Assembly: GCF_001194135.2 (NCBI RefSeq)
Contig: NC_068994.1
Coordinates: forward strand, 48,254,549 to 48,318,548
DNA from: Octopus bimaculoides
Lineage: Eukaryota
DNA: 64,000 bases
Direction: 5' to 3'
Within the stretch, counting starts at the first letter, position 1; each line of letters begins with the position of its first letter. Shown piece after piece: positions 25,246 through 40,494 of this stretch. The position numbers and the translations under genes were made by a program. Below the pieces are notes generated by a model. It had not been told where the DNA came from and searched no databases. It was given only the letters and a program-made list of their open reading frames with translations.

Positions 25246-26559
25246 TAGAAAGGATTATTATTATCATTGCTATTATTGTGGCCTAGTGGTTAGGGTATTA
25301 AACTCAAAATTGCAATATCGTGATTTCAATTCCTGGACTGGCCAGGGTATTGTGTTCTTGAGCAAACCTCTTCATTTCACCTTGCTCTGCATCTAATGTA
25401 TGGCACACTGTGCATCTGTACAGGCAATGTCAGTTTGATGAAGGGAGTGAGCTAACAATGTCCAGCACAAACATTTGATTACTATAAACAAATTTGTGCA
25501 GCTGGTTCAGCAAGAAATTGTGGAACTCATAATGATGATTATTATTAACAGTAGTAGTTCCTCCACATTTAATTCAATAACTACATTCTACTTGGGTCAG
25601 TTTCAACCTAAGGTAAAATAAAACAATATCATATACTGGTAAGATCAACTCAATTGCATATAAAACCTTCCCCAATTAAATATCTATTTAAGATTATCGT
25701 TATTATTATTATGGTGGATTTTGTGCAAATGCCAGAAAATATTATCATTAATACAATAGCTAGGTGAGTAAGATATTGAACTATAGGCTCACAGCAATGT
25801 TTTATTCTCTGGCAACAACTTGCTTAATTACTTGTCTCAGTATTCCTCTTTTCTAATCATTGTTTCCTTTTAAATAATTACCATTATCTTTATTCTACAT
25901 CTATTTCATGCTAGAATAGGTTGGATAGTTCAACAAATGCACACATTTTCATGGATAACGTTAATACAACCAAGGAGATAGAGAGCAAAGAAAGCAAGTG
26001 CTTAAATATGCATATCCAAATGTCTACGTGAAAACTAAAATGCCAGTGTGCATGCTGTTGCATATTAATAGATGCATTTGCCAATGTGCATATGTCAGTG
26101 TGCACAAATATGTAATTATACCTATTCATATTTATACAGGAATAAAAGCCATAGATTTCATACAGGAAAGATATGAGATTGAATAACAATGATGCATTCA
26201 AGGACATTAAGCACAAAGGTCTCAATGAGAAATTAAAACAGGTTTATATTAATCATTATCGCTACAAGCAAAACCAAATTTGCTATACAGGCAAGAACCA
26301 CAAGTATTTGGAGTAAAAGGAAATGCAATTGTCTGATCAATCTAGTTTCAGTTGCACTAAGTGATGCATGATAAGATAAAGAATAAAACATTGAAATAAA
26401 ACACTCCATATGAAACCTGCACTGCTTTCATGAACAGAGACCTTGAAAACATTCTTCAATGGTGGGGTGAGATATGACAATCTTACATTTTTTTTGACAG
26501 CACAAAGTCAATCACTGCAAGCATCAAGGAAACAAGCTTGTATCTCATCCTTTCTACTT

Positions 26560-27130
26560 CAAGAGAATCATTTTCTTCATGTACCATATCTAAGATAACA
26601 ATAATCATGAACCTCCATGCCCTCTAGTACCCCAACACAACATAATTGGGATGGTTTTCCTGAAGCCAACAGGTAAAGCCATTAAGTATCTTCTCCCCTA
26701 TCTGCTTCTTCTTTTCAGTTTCCCAGTTTCCCTTATGTCACTGAGAAGCTTTCCAATGGTTTTTGCTCATCTAAGGAGCTCATTGCTTATTACTGTCTGC
26801 ATACGATACCTTCAGCTTTCTTCTAAGGGACCACATCGTTGTAACACAATTTTGCACTTGTTGATGTTCCAACACACAATAACCTCAAATGCTAAACCTG
26901 AAAATATGATCTTTCTTGGCAAGATCATCTTTCACATAACAAGATCTGCCTCCCAGCTTTCCGCTCAGGGTCAGCAACAAAGTTTAAGTAGGTCTACATC
27001 TAAGACAATTATGCTGCTACACACACAAACATATTCAACTGTATGCAACTGCATTCAACTGATTGCCTTATTCTGTTTAATTCCATTATTGCTGCAAGAA
27101 GGGCTCCTGCTTCTCAAAACTAGCTAGATG
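26560..27130 (-). mobile_element. Highly degenerate RTE-like LINE C-terminal fragment
   Basis: Minus-strand remnants AESW, AFE..CW and NELLR.AKTIGKLLSDIRE resemble RTE C-termini. Confidence 0.45.
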
Positions 27131-29284
27131 CATACCTCCTCTACTTAAATCTCTTATCTACCACCTCTTGTCATCCATACTGTGTTATATATATATATAT
27201 ATATCCAAACCCCACACAAATTACTTCCCAATCCTTCAATACCAAAATTCCAAATGCTCGAAATCCCTTTCTATACGTATTTTCCTTGCAGATATTAAAA
27301 TACAGATGTTTAAACTGAGCATCATTCATATCAATCTCACCAACCAATTTCAGTTTGAAAATCATGGAAGCCTAAACCAAACTACAATATTTGACAGCAA
27401 CATAGGTGTACATGAATAGCAGTGATGAAGTGAATACACACAAATGGCTTGTATATTGGCCAGGCCAGCCTGAGTTATGGATACATGATGAAATATGATT
27501 TTGTCATACAACTATGAAATAAAGGGGAACACATTGTGGGATAAGCAAACAATACAAAAATAGATATATTTTGTTGATACATAATAATAATTGACATGAG
27601 TAGAGAGGGTTTATTAATTTGAATGCCACTGAAGCAAGAATGGATAACTTTCCCGATAGCTAACCATGCTATGGGATTACTCTACTTTTGTTAGAGCAAG
27701 TTAACTAAGGCCTTTTGATTTATGTGCATTGCTCAGGTTGTGGTAAAAAATTACAACAGATTAATTGTACAGGTAAAATTTAAGCTCTTACCTTACTGTT
27801 TGGAGTCAGCAATGTAATTGTACAGTAAGGGAGTGCTGAACATATCTAATTCAATAAAATATCAGCTAACTGAGGGATCAGCAGTTTGTATCCAAAGAGT
27901 AACAGTGAGGTGTCCATGATCTAAACAATTTTCAGTTGATTGTGCAGAAGAAACCCAACAAGTTTCAACTGGTAGAAAGGCAATATCCAGCAACATCACC
28001 TGGTCGCCTCACTGCATTGCTGATAAAACCCCAATCATCTTGGATGCCATGCTATTGGTCCAGAAAGTAATCAGGGACAAGAGATTGGGGCTAACCATCC
28101 AGTGCAGGCCTTATTCACCATCATTTAAGCACAGTGTAAGTCAAGACTCAAACAACTTCAAACCACACACACAGCAAACCTTTCACTGTAAGAAGCAGGG
28201 TATTGCAAGAATCTGCAACAATGAAGTGCAGCCACTTCTGTAGTTTCATTGCTTAGAAGGTGTAATTATAGGCAACAACAATCACAAATCTGATTGCCTG
28301 TGTAGATGCATCCCCCATTGTTGTGATGTATAGTAGTAAAGTTTTGGTCATTTTCAGAAACAAAGAACAACATCAGCCTATAATGCAGATGTGTTAAGAA
28401 GCCAAGACAGAAAAGAACTCATTTGCTAAAGCTTAGAAGTGGTAGTAATATTACAGCTGCGATAGATGTTAGTGTTATTATTTTGATGTTATTGTTATTT
28501 GAATTACTTTTGGATTAATAATTGTTTCTTAGATTAGAGAAATGATTGCTTAAACTGTTCTTGTAACATTTATCAATATAGGAGCACAGCCTTATATTGA
28601 TTCATAACTGAAACTGTTCATAGACCAAGTGTATATGGAGAAAAGATATCATGGGTTTCCATTAATGATAGGTGTATATAATTTGGAAAAACTTTTGTTT
28701 GTTCTTGTTCCTCACTACATGTATATGTACATATATATATTTCAAACTAGGAGATATGAAATACTATAGTACTTAGCAACTACTTGCATGTTAAAAAGTT
28801 TAAACATACCATCTAATGGAATAGTTTTATCTAAGATAATGTTATACAAAGATACAACAATGGCAACTCAAAGGAGCTGCACAGAGCCACTTAACTTGCA
28901 AACAATAACCTATTTAATAAACTTCACTACACACACACCAACCAAAAGAGGAAATTTCAAATTGGAAGCAAAATAAGAACCAAAAGGCCTTTGAATAAAT
29001 CTAAGATTAAAGTATTAGCATAAAAGAAAACAGGGCTCCATCATCATCCAGGAAATGACCATGCTCGATATGCAGAAAAGAAGTGGGCAGGAATTCCAAA
29101 TGATGTACTCAAAGTAAACTATGGATGCACAAGAAGTGTAGTGGGATCACAAGCAGTATAGGCAGGCTGACAGGAAAGATAAACTTCATATGTAACAGAT
29201 ATAATTAACAGTAAGAGTATACGTGAAATAAATTCCTTCAAATGCTCAAAAGGTTCCCTCTAAGTAGTTGATAGCTTTTTCTAC

Positions 29285-29735
29285 TTAGGTGATCTAATTA
29301 GCAGTGGAGAAGAGTATTCTGAAAGCACAGCTGCCAGAGTAATAACAGTATGCAAAAAATTTGAGGAACTATTGACACTGCTAACAAAGGAATTCTCTCT
29401 CAGAGTGAAAGACAGATTGCATGATGCTTTTGTATGACATGCAATGTTGTATAGTAGCAAGACATGGGTATTAGATGCACAGAATATGCAAAGGCTGGAA
29501 AGAAATGAGGTGAGCATGCTCTGTTGGATGTGTCATATTAGTGTGCATAGACAGAGCACAAATGGGCTGAGAGAAAAAAAAAAAGATACAAGAGGAATCA
29601 TAAGTAGCATGCAAAAGAGATGACCGAGTTGGTATAGACATGTGAGGCACCTTAAACACGACTGTTGGGTAAAGCCTGACAATCTAAGTAGAAGGAACCT
29701 ACAGGAGAGGAAAACCAAGGAAGACACAGGAAGAA
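29285..29735 (+). mobile_element. RTE LINE C-terminal fragment (degenerate)
   Basis: Alignable by eye with the copies at 51.6-52.0 kb and 58.1-58.55 kb (ctctctcagagtgaaagacagattg...ggaaaaccaaggaagaca). Confidence 0.75.
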
Positions 29736-30084
29736 ATTAGGGAAAATGCAAAGTGTATTGGTTATTTAGTGGGCTACAAATGGCAGATAGCCCAGATTAC
29801 ACTTTGTAGTATGCAACAAACATTAACTATCTCATTTCTTTTTCAAATGTATCAACAGCATCAACATGGCAAATTCCAATTTGACACAAAAAATAAAAAG
29901 GCACACTGTGCATGTGGCTCTAGCAATTCAGAGATCACCAGCTTCTTGAATGTAGTGTTCAAGAAAAAACTAGAAGTCTCAAAGTAAGGGACTTGGCATC
30001 AATGGCTAAGATCTATTATAAAAATGAGAGCACCAGCAGACCAATGTGAATTATTACCAAGAAGCTTAAAAGATATGTAGTGCA

Positions 30085-31005
30085 AAACACTAACCACTTG
30101 TCTATCCCTAGTTTCCACATTAACCACCAGATAAGGGATCAGGGGACCCTGTCAAAAGCTCTCTCCATGTCAACGAAAGCCAAGTACAGAGGTTTATCTT
30201 TGGCTAGGAATTTCTCCTACAGCTGTCTTACCAAAAACAGCATCAGTGGTGCTTCTCCTTGGCACAAACCCAAACTGCATCTCATCTAAACTAACTCTCT
30301 CCCTAATTAGTTGGGCTATGACCCTCTCCATGACTTTCATCACCTGATCCAACAATTTGTTACCTCTGTAATTATTCCTATCTAAGGTATCACCTTTACC
30401 TTTGTAGCAGTTGACTATGGTGCTGCTACCCCAGTCATTGGGTATGATTCCCTCATGAACCACCTGATTTACAATACGGGTGACTAGACCATAACCAACA
30501 CCACCAGATATTTTAAGCATCTCAGCAGTGATTCCTGATGAGCTGGGGGCTTTCCCTGTCTTCACATCCTTAATTGCTTTATCTACCAAGGTACTGTCAA
30601 TTTGAATAGCTGGTTGACATTTGGCAGACTCCCTTTCTCTCATTCATTCTCTTCATTTAGCAACCTTTCATAGTGATGTCTCCAAGTCTCTCTCTCCTTG
30701 CAGCCTCATTAAATGCAAGTGAGCCATCATCCATGCGGACACATTTCTCTCCTGTGACATCACTATTCTCTCTCACACACTGTCTTGCAATACAAAACAC
30801 TTCAAGTCTCTGGTCCTCACAATGCAGAACATTGGCAGATTTTTTTCTTATCTGCTTCCCCTCTGGCTAAGTAAACCTGTCTCCTAGCTTCCCTTCTGGC
30901 AATCTGATAGTTCCCTGCTAACACCGCTCTTCCAGTCCTTCCATGCCTGTTTCTTTTCCCTAATGGCCCTGTCAACTACATCGTTCCACCACCACGTTAC
31001 CCAGT
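30085..31005 (-). mobile_element. RTE-clade LINE reverse transcriptase fragment
   Basis: WWWNDVVDRAIREKK...KTGKAPSSSGITAEMLK...IPNDW..STIVNCYKGKGD...NYRG.KLL...MQFGFVPRRSTTDAVF...LYLAFVDMERAFDRVP, with stops and frameshifts. Confidence 0.9.
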
Positions 31006-32344
31006 GAGAGAAATAAACAAAAATTATTCACGCTTGTGTGTATATTTGAAATAAAAACAGATGTCACACCTAAAAGCACTAATCATTCACACGAACAAAT
31101 ACACTTGAAACACGCCTAAATATGTTACTGTATGCTTATATACCCGTGTATTATTGACATAAATATCAATAGAACAGGTAGAATAGAAAATAAAATAACT
31201 GGATGAGAATACTAGATGAAATTTAGAAATTGTTTAGTTGATGAAATAATGAGAAGGCTGCTAGAGATACAAATAATCTATAGATTAAGACTATAGGGAG
31301 AACAGGTGGTAGATTAAATAGATACTTGAGATTAAAATGGAAGAAAAGCCAATAGTAACAAACTAACAAGCTTTCAGAAATAAAAAGGCTTGTAGCAACA
31401 GCTGGATTTCTTTCTAATTGAACATGGTAGAACCATTTAAATAATGCAAATTTCTAGTTCGTTAAATATGTATATAGACGATGGGGGGTGGGTAATAAAA
31501 GGTACTGAACAATCCAATAATTTTTTAATCCCTTTTAAAAAAATACCATTAACCAAATTAACTTCCCAGAAACAAAAAAAAATGCTGTACTGACTTTAAC
31601 TATAGAAGATTATTATTAAAATTTATTGATACTCAAAATGCTTAAAACTAATGAGCTGAATAAATAACTAAGAGGGCAGTAAGAAAAAAAAAACATGATA
31701 TTTCATATAGCTTGAAAATACTGAATTTTCATCATTCTTTCTACTATAGATGCAAGGCCTGAAAAATTTCAAGGAAGACACTAGTCGATTACATTGACCC
31801 CAGCGCTCCACTTGGTATTTATTTTATCCACCCTGATAGGATGAATGGCAAAAATCAACCTCGACAGAATTTGAATTGACTGTAAAGTCAGAAGAAATGC
31901 CACTGAGCAGTTTGTTTGATGCAGAAATTATTTTGCCAGCTCAACAGCTTCACCATTCCTGTAATACCATAAAACTTATATTTTACCACAGACAACTGTA
32001 CGGTCACATGAATTCAATAATTGAATGAAGCCAGGCCAGCTCCTGTCAAACCATCCAACCCATGCCAGCATGGAAAACAGACATTAAATGATGAATGAAT
32101 GATTGCTTAGAGGAAAATTTCAATAAACTACAAATTCATGTACAGGATTCAGTACATGTCACATCATCTTATCCCACTTCATACCAGTGGCTCCTTTAAG
32201 ATATTTCTTTGCTCCTTTTAATTATATAACATGAACCACATGCATACACATTCATTTGCTTGGAAGAAGTCACCATTGCCATTTATTACACATACCACAT
32301 ACTTTATCATAGTTGCTATTCAATTTCATTGCTTCCCTGATAGG

Positions 32345-32496
32345 CACAGACATGGCTTTGTGATGAAGAACTTTGCTTCCCAACTACATAGTTTCAGGTT
32401 CAGTCCCACTGCATGACATTTTGGGCTATCTTTTACTATAGACCCAGAGCAATCAAAGTTGTGCAAGTAGATTTGATAGATGCTGTAGGAAGCCTG

Positions 32497-32500
<4 letters not shown>
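32345..32500 (+). mobile_element. SINE family 1 5' portion followed by (TG)n
   Basis: ggctttgtgatgaagaactttgcttcccaactacatagtttcaggttcagtcccactgcatg. Confidence 0.7.

Positions 32501-32558
<58 letters not shown>
32499..32558. repeat. (TG)n microsatellite running into an assembly gap
   Basis: About 30 perfect TG units followed by Ns. Confidence 0.95.
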
Positions 32559-34983
32559 NNNNNNNNNNNNNNNNNNNNNNNNNNNNNNNNNNNNNNNNNN
32601 NNNNNNNNNNNNNNNNNNNNNNNNNNNNNNNNNNNNNNNNNNNNNNNNNNNNNNNNNNNNNNNNNNNNNNNNNNNNNNNNNNNNNNNNNNNNNNNNNNNN
32701 NNNNNNNNNNNNNNNNNNNNNNNNNNNNNNNNNNNNNNNNNNNNNNNNNNNNNNNNNNNNNNNNNNNNNNNNNNNNNNNNNNNNNNNNNNNNNNNNNNNN
32801 NNNNNNNNNNNNNNNNNNNNNNNNNNNNNNNNNNNNNNNNNNNNNNNNNNNNNNNGTTCTCTGTCAGTTCTGAAATGCCGTTATTATTTATTTATTTACA
32901 TATTCATATATTTTTTATTTCTGCCACTGGAAAAAAATAACTTCCAAAACAACATTTGTTTTAATACTATTTTAAGACCAAAACTCCTGTCAAACAATAT
33001 TCACAAGAAACAAAAACATGTGAGTATGTGTACCTAAAAATTGAGCATATATTTTTCACATGAACATTTGAGCAATAACTGCTGGTCAAATACATGTACA
33101 CCATACGAAAAAGTTGTCTAAATTACTTTTATAATTCTCAACATGTATTTTGATAGAACAGATGATTCAAATTTTGTTTCTTTTTTTTTTTTTTTAATTA
33201 AAATCTCAAATTTATAAAACAGATGCTTGCATAAAACCAAAAGTAGAGAAACAAGAAGTCAAATCAAGCAAAGAAGATTTTGATTCATGAAACTTGAATA
33301 CCAGTTTATATGAAAAGAAGTAACTCAATTTTTCATAGATAAATGTATTTCAAAATATAGTACATGGAAAGTACTGGGAGGCTTAAGAGCTTATTAAGTA
33401 ATTATATTCTAGCTTATTAAGGAATATATATTCTACTTTACTGATATGGTCAACTGGTCTAGTTAGTATTTGCAAAGTCTTGATAGTCTGACATTAATTG
33501 CAGCTAAACAAAGATTGGTGAAGGAAATTCATAGATATTATTGCCAAGGTTGTGATACAAGCAACTTCAAAGACAGGTATCAGTGATACATCAATGCTAA
33601 GAGTATTTCTGAAAGTTGAATCAGGAGGAAAGTTAACACTAATTAACTTAGCAGGGTTTCTAAGACTTGTGGAGGGAAAGGGAAGAGAAACCACATCTAA
33701 TCAGGTACTGTCCAACAAACAAGCTTCTCCACAGGTTGGATTGACCAGGAGCATTGGTAGGTGAAACTTGCCTAAGCTGCCATGTGGTCGCATCAAAGCT
33801 GGAACCACATAATTGCAAAGCAAGTTTCTTAATAACACAGCCATGCCTGAGCCTGCATTACCAGAAGGCTACAAATTTTGTAGGTGGATACATAAACCCT
33901 AGGAAGGCAAAGTCAACCTCTGTAGGAGTTGTACTTGGAAGCAAGACATCACAGAGCATTTAGTCTATTGTTTGAATATTTGTCACTCACCACCCTTATC
34001 AGTGCAAACTGTATTAATTCACTCAATATAAATCGAAGTGGGGGGGAGTCTATAAAATAGAAAAACAAAACAAATATTTCAACACTAAAAGCAGGAGATA
34101 TTTTACTCAAACTAGAAAATCCTCTCATATTTCTTTTAAAATAAACTTTCAACACCTGTAAACAATCTATACTCTTCTTTTTTAAAACTCCATATGGTGT
34201 TGTGTCAACGAAATGTCAAAGAGACTAAGCCAATGCACACAAACTGATTGCTCTAACCATTTGCATGTACAGGTTGGAGGTAGATTTTTATTTCTTTCTA
34301 AATATTTAACTTATTGAAAGAAATGGGATTGTACACGTTGTTTGACAAAAATAATCAATAAAGACACTATCACTCAATGTTCGGAAAACATTTACATTAA
34401 ATATTTACTTTTGTTCAGCAGCAACAACAAAAAAAAAAATGTTAATTACTATGCACCACCAGGTGTCATAGTTTATAGTTAGATTAGTCAAAACCCTCTC
34501 TTGATGTTTTAATGCATTTCTGATCAAGATATTATTTACATCACTACCATTTTACATTACCTCTATTAATGATAATGGGTGGAGGCTAGCAAAGTAGCAG
34601 TGAAAGGGGCATGTAGAAGACTAGCAGCTTTTTCTAATTAAAGATTCATCATCAACTAATGCTACGGAAATGCATGGAGCACTGATGCTAAATACATGTA
34701 TCATTTATATAACAATCATAAAAATTTTAAACAATACAACATGGATTAAGAATAATTATGTAGGTTCCATTGGAGCAGCATTTCAGCATGGAAATATATT
34801 CCAAATGGAATGTAAATTGCTCCGGCAAACTTGCTTGAGGCACAGTCTTTATGACCAAGTTAACTGTAGAAGTTACAAATCTCAAATTAATTGAAGCTAC
34901 TCTACTGCATAAACTCAAAATGCAACAATGAACTTTTACTAGGACAACAACAACAATATGCTTAATAAATATATATAAGAATC

Positions 34984-35017
<34 letters not shown>

Positions 35018-36809
35018 ATCAGGCACTATGGTTCTATTACAGGGCCTTCAGCAACTTGGAATGAGGATTGAACATACTAGTTTCATCTTTATAATCCACA
35101 CTATGTCAGTATTCAAGCTTTTAATGCTTGGGAATTAGCCTTGTTTTATTATTTTATTATGTAAATGATATTGAGCCACTCATCACAAACTGGTTTACAT
35201 TTTTAACAAGTAGTCCTATGCAACTTGCTTTCAGATGTTTGATAAATAAAGGTAACTAATCCCTGATGAGTCTTAAAATATAAAAAAAAACATCCAACAA
35301 TCTTTGCCCTAAGCTGCCAAAAGTACTGTAGTTTAATCATAAGGCCTAGCTTCATAGAATGTCTTTAAAATTATGACTGTATATGTATTCATATATATCA
35401 ATCACAATAAATCAATATTTTTAAGTAGTTTACAATTAGATAATTAGATAAAAAGTAACAGCTAGCAAAGTCCTACTCACAAAGTAGCCATAATTTGTAT
35501 CCAATAAAATGATATTGTGCTATACATATTTGAATCAGTGTGCTTTGGTGCAGATGGGTCCAGCATGGAAGTTTAATTTAATGCTGTAAGTAGCAAGCAA
35601 GGACAATGTATTACTAGCAAGTGATTTGTCAACTTAGAGTGATGCATACTCACCAACACATTACATTTACTGACCAACAAAGGTGCTGCTTTTTATTATT
35701 TTCTGCCTCTTCTAACCATGACTACAATCACTTCTCCTCTTGAAGGTGGCAAGCTACATATCTCCTACCTCGGTCTACTGAATGCACTTGTCCCATTCAA
35801 ACTCTGTACTAAACATTTTGCAGAGTCAATTCTCAAAACTAGAACTCTCCTTGCTCGTGTTATTTTGCTAGTGGTATATCGCCAACATACTAGAAGCAGA
35901 AGTCTGAAAATTTCCATAAGATGCTCTTTTCAGGACACTTGAAGTGGATGCATTCTTCTTTGAGATAGAGAAAAGTCCAGAGTCTTCCCAATAGAACAGA
36001 CAGATGTGAAAAGTAAACTCCTCATATAAAATATAAATAGTGGATTTTAAATGAATGTCTTGGAACTGGTAAACTAATTCTGGTGACCACACATTTTACT
36101 TGAACAGGAGTTCCACCCATGTATGTGCACTGAATGAGGCAATACTTTAGGAGTTCCAGTAGTATCTTATTTAAACCCTGTGAGAATATCTTCTACATAT
36201 CTAACAATCAGACATAGTTGGGTGTGATATAAAGGAAATTAGGCTGATATTTCTAAAGATCCATGCCGAGTCATATTGAATAACTTATTCCTAGATACAC
36301 TATCTGAAAAAAGACTGGATGGTCACGGCTGGAATTCTTTTAATTAGAGCTGTCTGGGATTAAAGAAACAACAAAAGTTTCTCAAGCCATTATTTTTATT
36401 GACAAGTGGCTCCAACAGTACTTTTAGCTCAGTCCTATTTATACACCTTGTCACTACATCAAACAGTCACTGTACCAAATCTTTAAGAAAGACTTTCACT
36501 CTAATCAACTATTCGATTACTTTCATTCTATTGAGCCATAAGAGAAACCACATAAACAGTTTCTATAGTATTTGCTCTACAGAATCATAGTTTCCAAAGT
36601 TCTATTTTGAACCAACAATTCATTAGAATTTCATTCTTTCTCTTTTGTTTATCTTTAACTGTAATCATCAACGTTGGATAGATCTTTAACACTGTCTCAT
36701 TACTTGTTGCATTCCAGCATCCCAAAATCAAACCTTACTACTTACTTTCTCATGGGCTTCTTGGCATTTCACTTATCATCCTTATCTTTTATATATACTT
36801 TTATATATA

Positions 36810-37240
36810 GGTGTAGGAGTGGCTGTGTGGTAAGTAGCTTGCTTACGAACCACATGGTTCCGGGTTCAGTCCCACTGCATGGCACCTTGGGCAAGTGTCT
36901 TCTACTGTAGCCTCGGGCCAACCAAAGCCTTGTGAGTGGAGTTGGTAGACGGAAACTGAAAGAAGCTAGTCATATATGTGTGTGTGTTTCCCCAACATCG
37001 CTTGACAACCAATGCTGGTGTGTTTATGTCCCCGTAACTTAGCAGTTCAGCAAAAGAGACCGATGGAATAAGTACTAGGCTTACAAAGAATAAGTCCTGG
37101 GGGTCGATTTGNNNNNNNNNNAAGAGACCGATGGAATAAGTACTAGGCTTACAAAGAATAAGTCCTGGGGGTCGATTTGCTTGGCTAAAGGCAGTGCTCC
37201 AGCATGGCCACAGTCAAATGACTGAAACAAGTAAAAGAGT
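36810..37240 (+). mobile_element. tRNA-derived SINE family 1, near full length (contains an N-gap)
   Basis: A-box-like tggctgtgtgg, B-box-like ggttcagtcc, body gggcaagtgtcttctactgtagcc, tail ggcagtgctccagcatggccacagtcaaatgactgaaacaagtaaaagag. Confidence 0.85.
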
Positions 37241-40200
37241 ACCTAAATCTCATCTTTCACCTAATGATAGCTAAAGTAGTTTACCACAAATTACTCAAAC
37301 TTTTGGGAAAATAATTTTTGTTTCAATGATCTGGAGTGCAGTTTTATAAGAAAAAAAATAAGATATCTGATGACATTGATAGTACTATTTGAGTTATTAT
37401 TTTTTTTGACTCTAATAAAGTTGAACCTGAAAAGATTTGAACTCAGAATAGTAGAGTAACAAACTTTCATGAAAGCTGTAAAGTATGTAAAGTACTATGA
37501 ACTGTATCATAACAATGCATATATATATAAGAATAAAAAAATTATTAATCAAAAGAAGATAATGCTTATGTAAATTGTGCTTATGACAAAAATACATATT
37601 TAAAAACAAAAATTAGAAAAGTAAAATATGGGTATAAACCAAGTGTTTGTCTTTAAAACCTCAAAAAATAATTTACACAATTTAATTGTTAACTCTCAGT
37701 AAAACTCATTTATTTAAAAATAATTAAATTGGATAAGTGAATGAAAGTGCGTTGATAAATAATTTGAAGGTAGTGAGTTCCAATCTGACTTCTGAAGTTC
37801 ATAATCTTTAAGACAACGAATATTAGTTACTAATAAAATAACCTATTGCACTATAAAGATCTCACTGAAATAATCAAGTATTGTTTCTGATTTGTGTCAA
37901 TATTCATAAGTAGTTCACTCAAGAGCTTAAAAATCTAGCACAGTAGCTGCAGACCACTACTACAAAGCAAGCCTGTATGCATTCGTGTTTAACTGAAAGA
38001 AAATAGTCTACGTCTCCACTTCATGGTTGTCTGCTTAGTTTACTGTAGCAAAAGTAAAAATGAAATTTTAAAAAATATCTGTGTTTTTAAATGTAGGACG
38101 ACTCCACTCAAGCATGAATAAATAATGTACGTGATTCTTACTTTAACTTATATTTTTAATATATGTACAATTATATTTTAAAATCTGTTTTTTTTTTTTT
38201 TAACTATTTTAAGCTCATTATTCCATATTAGTATAGATTTGATCATTCTATAAATTCAAGTTCCAGAACGTGATTTACTGGAAAAGCCTTTTGTATATTT
38301 TCTCCAGGTGGTTGGCTGTCTCTCTAAACAGTAAAGTTACACTTTTTCTTAACTAATGGTTGCTCAAGTAATTGCTTAAGCAAACCTATGATCAAAAATA
38401 TTCTAGCCATTACTACCCAAAGTTTTTTTTGTCTTTTCAGGCAGTATGCAATTCAGGACTACATTAATTTATTTGAAACTACACAATCTAATATGATCTT
38501 TTTCCTCACAATTTAGGAAATCTTTTGGGGACAATTAGCAGAAGGAACATACAATATAATATCCATAAAGTTTAAACACAAACAATCATAGCCACTGGTT
38601 GGTTCACTAGATCAGTGCAAACTTGATCACTCCTTGAATAACAAGTCTTTCAGTCAAAGACTGATAACATGTCAACAGCAAAATTTGAATACTTTATATT
38701 CCCATTAATTATATTTTCATTTCCCCAGGAAAATGTCATGCAACTCAAGACTGATACTAATTTACACATATTGGTGAACATATGTTCTTTATGTGCATTT
38801 ACACCAGGTTAAAAGTATATATAAGCATGCACGTAAACATGTATAGACACACGTTTATATTTGCCAATGTAACTATGTAATTATAATAATTATTCTACTT
38901 CTACTGAAATAATTATTGCATTGTGTATATCATGTCATAAGAATTTAATGGATATGTATTGTTACTTTTCTATTTTTATAGTTATTATTGTTTCTGCAAA
39001 TTGACTCAGTCTTCTCTTCATTGTAAACAATATCAAACAGAAACTGATCTGAGTAAACACCCAGTTATGTGTAACTATGGTATGTAGAATATATATCATC
39101 ATCATTTTTGTGCTTGTTCTTTCATACTCATAAGGGTTGGGTGGAAGTTTTTGATATAGTGAAGCTTATAAAATTTACATTTTTTTTTTTTAAATTTTAT
39201 TTTGCTGATCACGTTTTCAGACAAGTTTCAGCAAGAAATATACACTAAATAGCAACAAATATTCAACCAATGAGAAAGCTTGTATGTAGTTGCTCAACCT
39301 GCTAGAATAGACAAATCACTAAAATCACACGCAACTAGTTTAAAATAAAAAAGTTATTTAAAGACAAGAAAGGCATGTTGGAAAATGTAGTTGGAGATAA
39401 CTGTGTTTGAAAAGAGTTACAAATGGAATGTTCTTGATCATAGGTCTGCTGAATCAGAGATGATTTAAGCTAATTAACAGATATGTGTAACCATAAAAAA
39501 AATAAAATAAGAACAGTAAAAGATAAATAATGACTCATAAGTACAGGGAGAAATGAAAGGGGGAGTTGTGATGATTACTCTTTTTCCAAGAGCATAAATA
39601 ACTAAAATGGAAAAGATTCCAATTGAGAAGTAAAATCAGAGTAAAATTAATAAATTTAGACATAACAGAAATTTTTTTAATATATTTTCTAATTACATTA
39701 TAATGAATTACGTTAGACATTGTGTCTAATACCTGTAAAAGTCCCTTCTCAAATTGCTGAACCAAATGGGGAGTGTTTGATTTCTCAATATGCTAGAAAT
39801 AGCAGCTAAATTTCCTTCAAATTACATCCAACCATGCAACATTTTAAGCTAAACTATAATCATACAGCTTCATCCAGTTATTGTTAATCCTAGGAAAGAT
39901 AGAGACAACTGGACATTTCTTAACTCACTAGGATAATCCAACAGCAATTTAATAGTTTTCATCTTGGTAGTTGAGTAGAAACAACCATGAGATTGACGGT
40001 TGTGCAAGGTTTTATAACAGGAAAGGAATGTTATAAGAGCAACTGGAACAAAAACAGTGCAGGCCCATAGAGATTGAAACTTTATATCTACTACATTTGA
40101 TAGTCACATAAGTTCAAGTCCCACCAGTGGACCTGTTGCTCTTTATATATCAAACAGTTATAATATCTAATAACATTTACATTAAAATTTCAAGACGAGG

Positions 40201-40494
40201 TAAACCTGGTCCAAAAGCACCACAGAGACTTTTCAATGTAAAATCAATTTTGCTTAAATGTTGTAAAGAAGGAAGAGATTTGGGAGCTAAATTTAGCAGG
40301 TTAAATGGCTAAACAGAATCCTTCTTGCAGGATTTTACATAGTCACTCAAATTCATCAAACAACCAGGATTAAGTACCAGATCAGATGGGTAATGTTAGC
40401 AGTTTTAGACCAGCATCCCATGAAGAGTAGTATTAATCTCTAACCTGCTTCTCAACATAGAAACGAAGATAAGCAGTGGCCATTTAGTACACAG

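Noticed and set aside
35648-35800. Strong minus-strand donor TTG|GTGAGT in p24 intron 2 as a cassette exon
   Set aside because: The phase-0 frame has a stop about 13 codons upstream and there is no convincing acceptor.
37054-37179. 58-bp direct repeat inside a SINE
   Set aside because: Identical sequence on both sides of a 10-N gap indicates unmerged overlapping contig ends.
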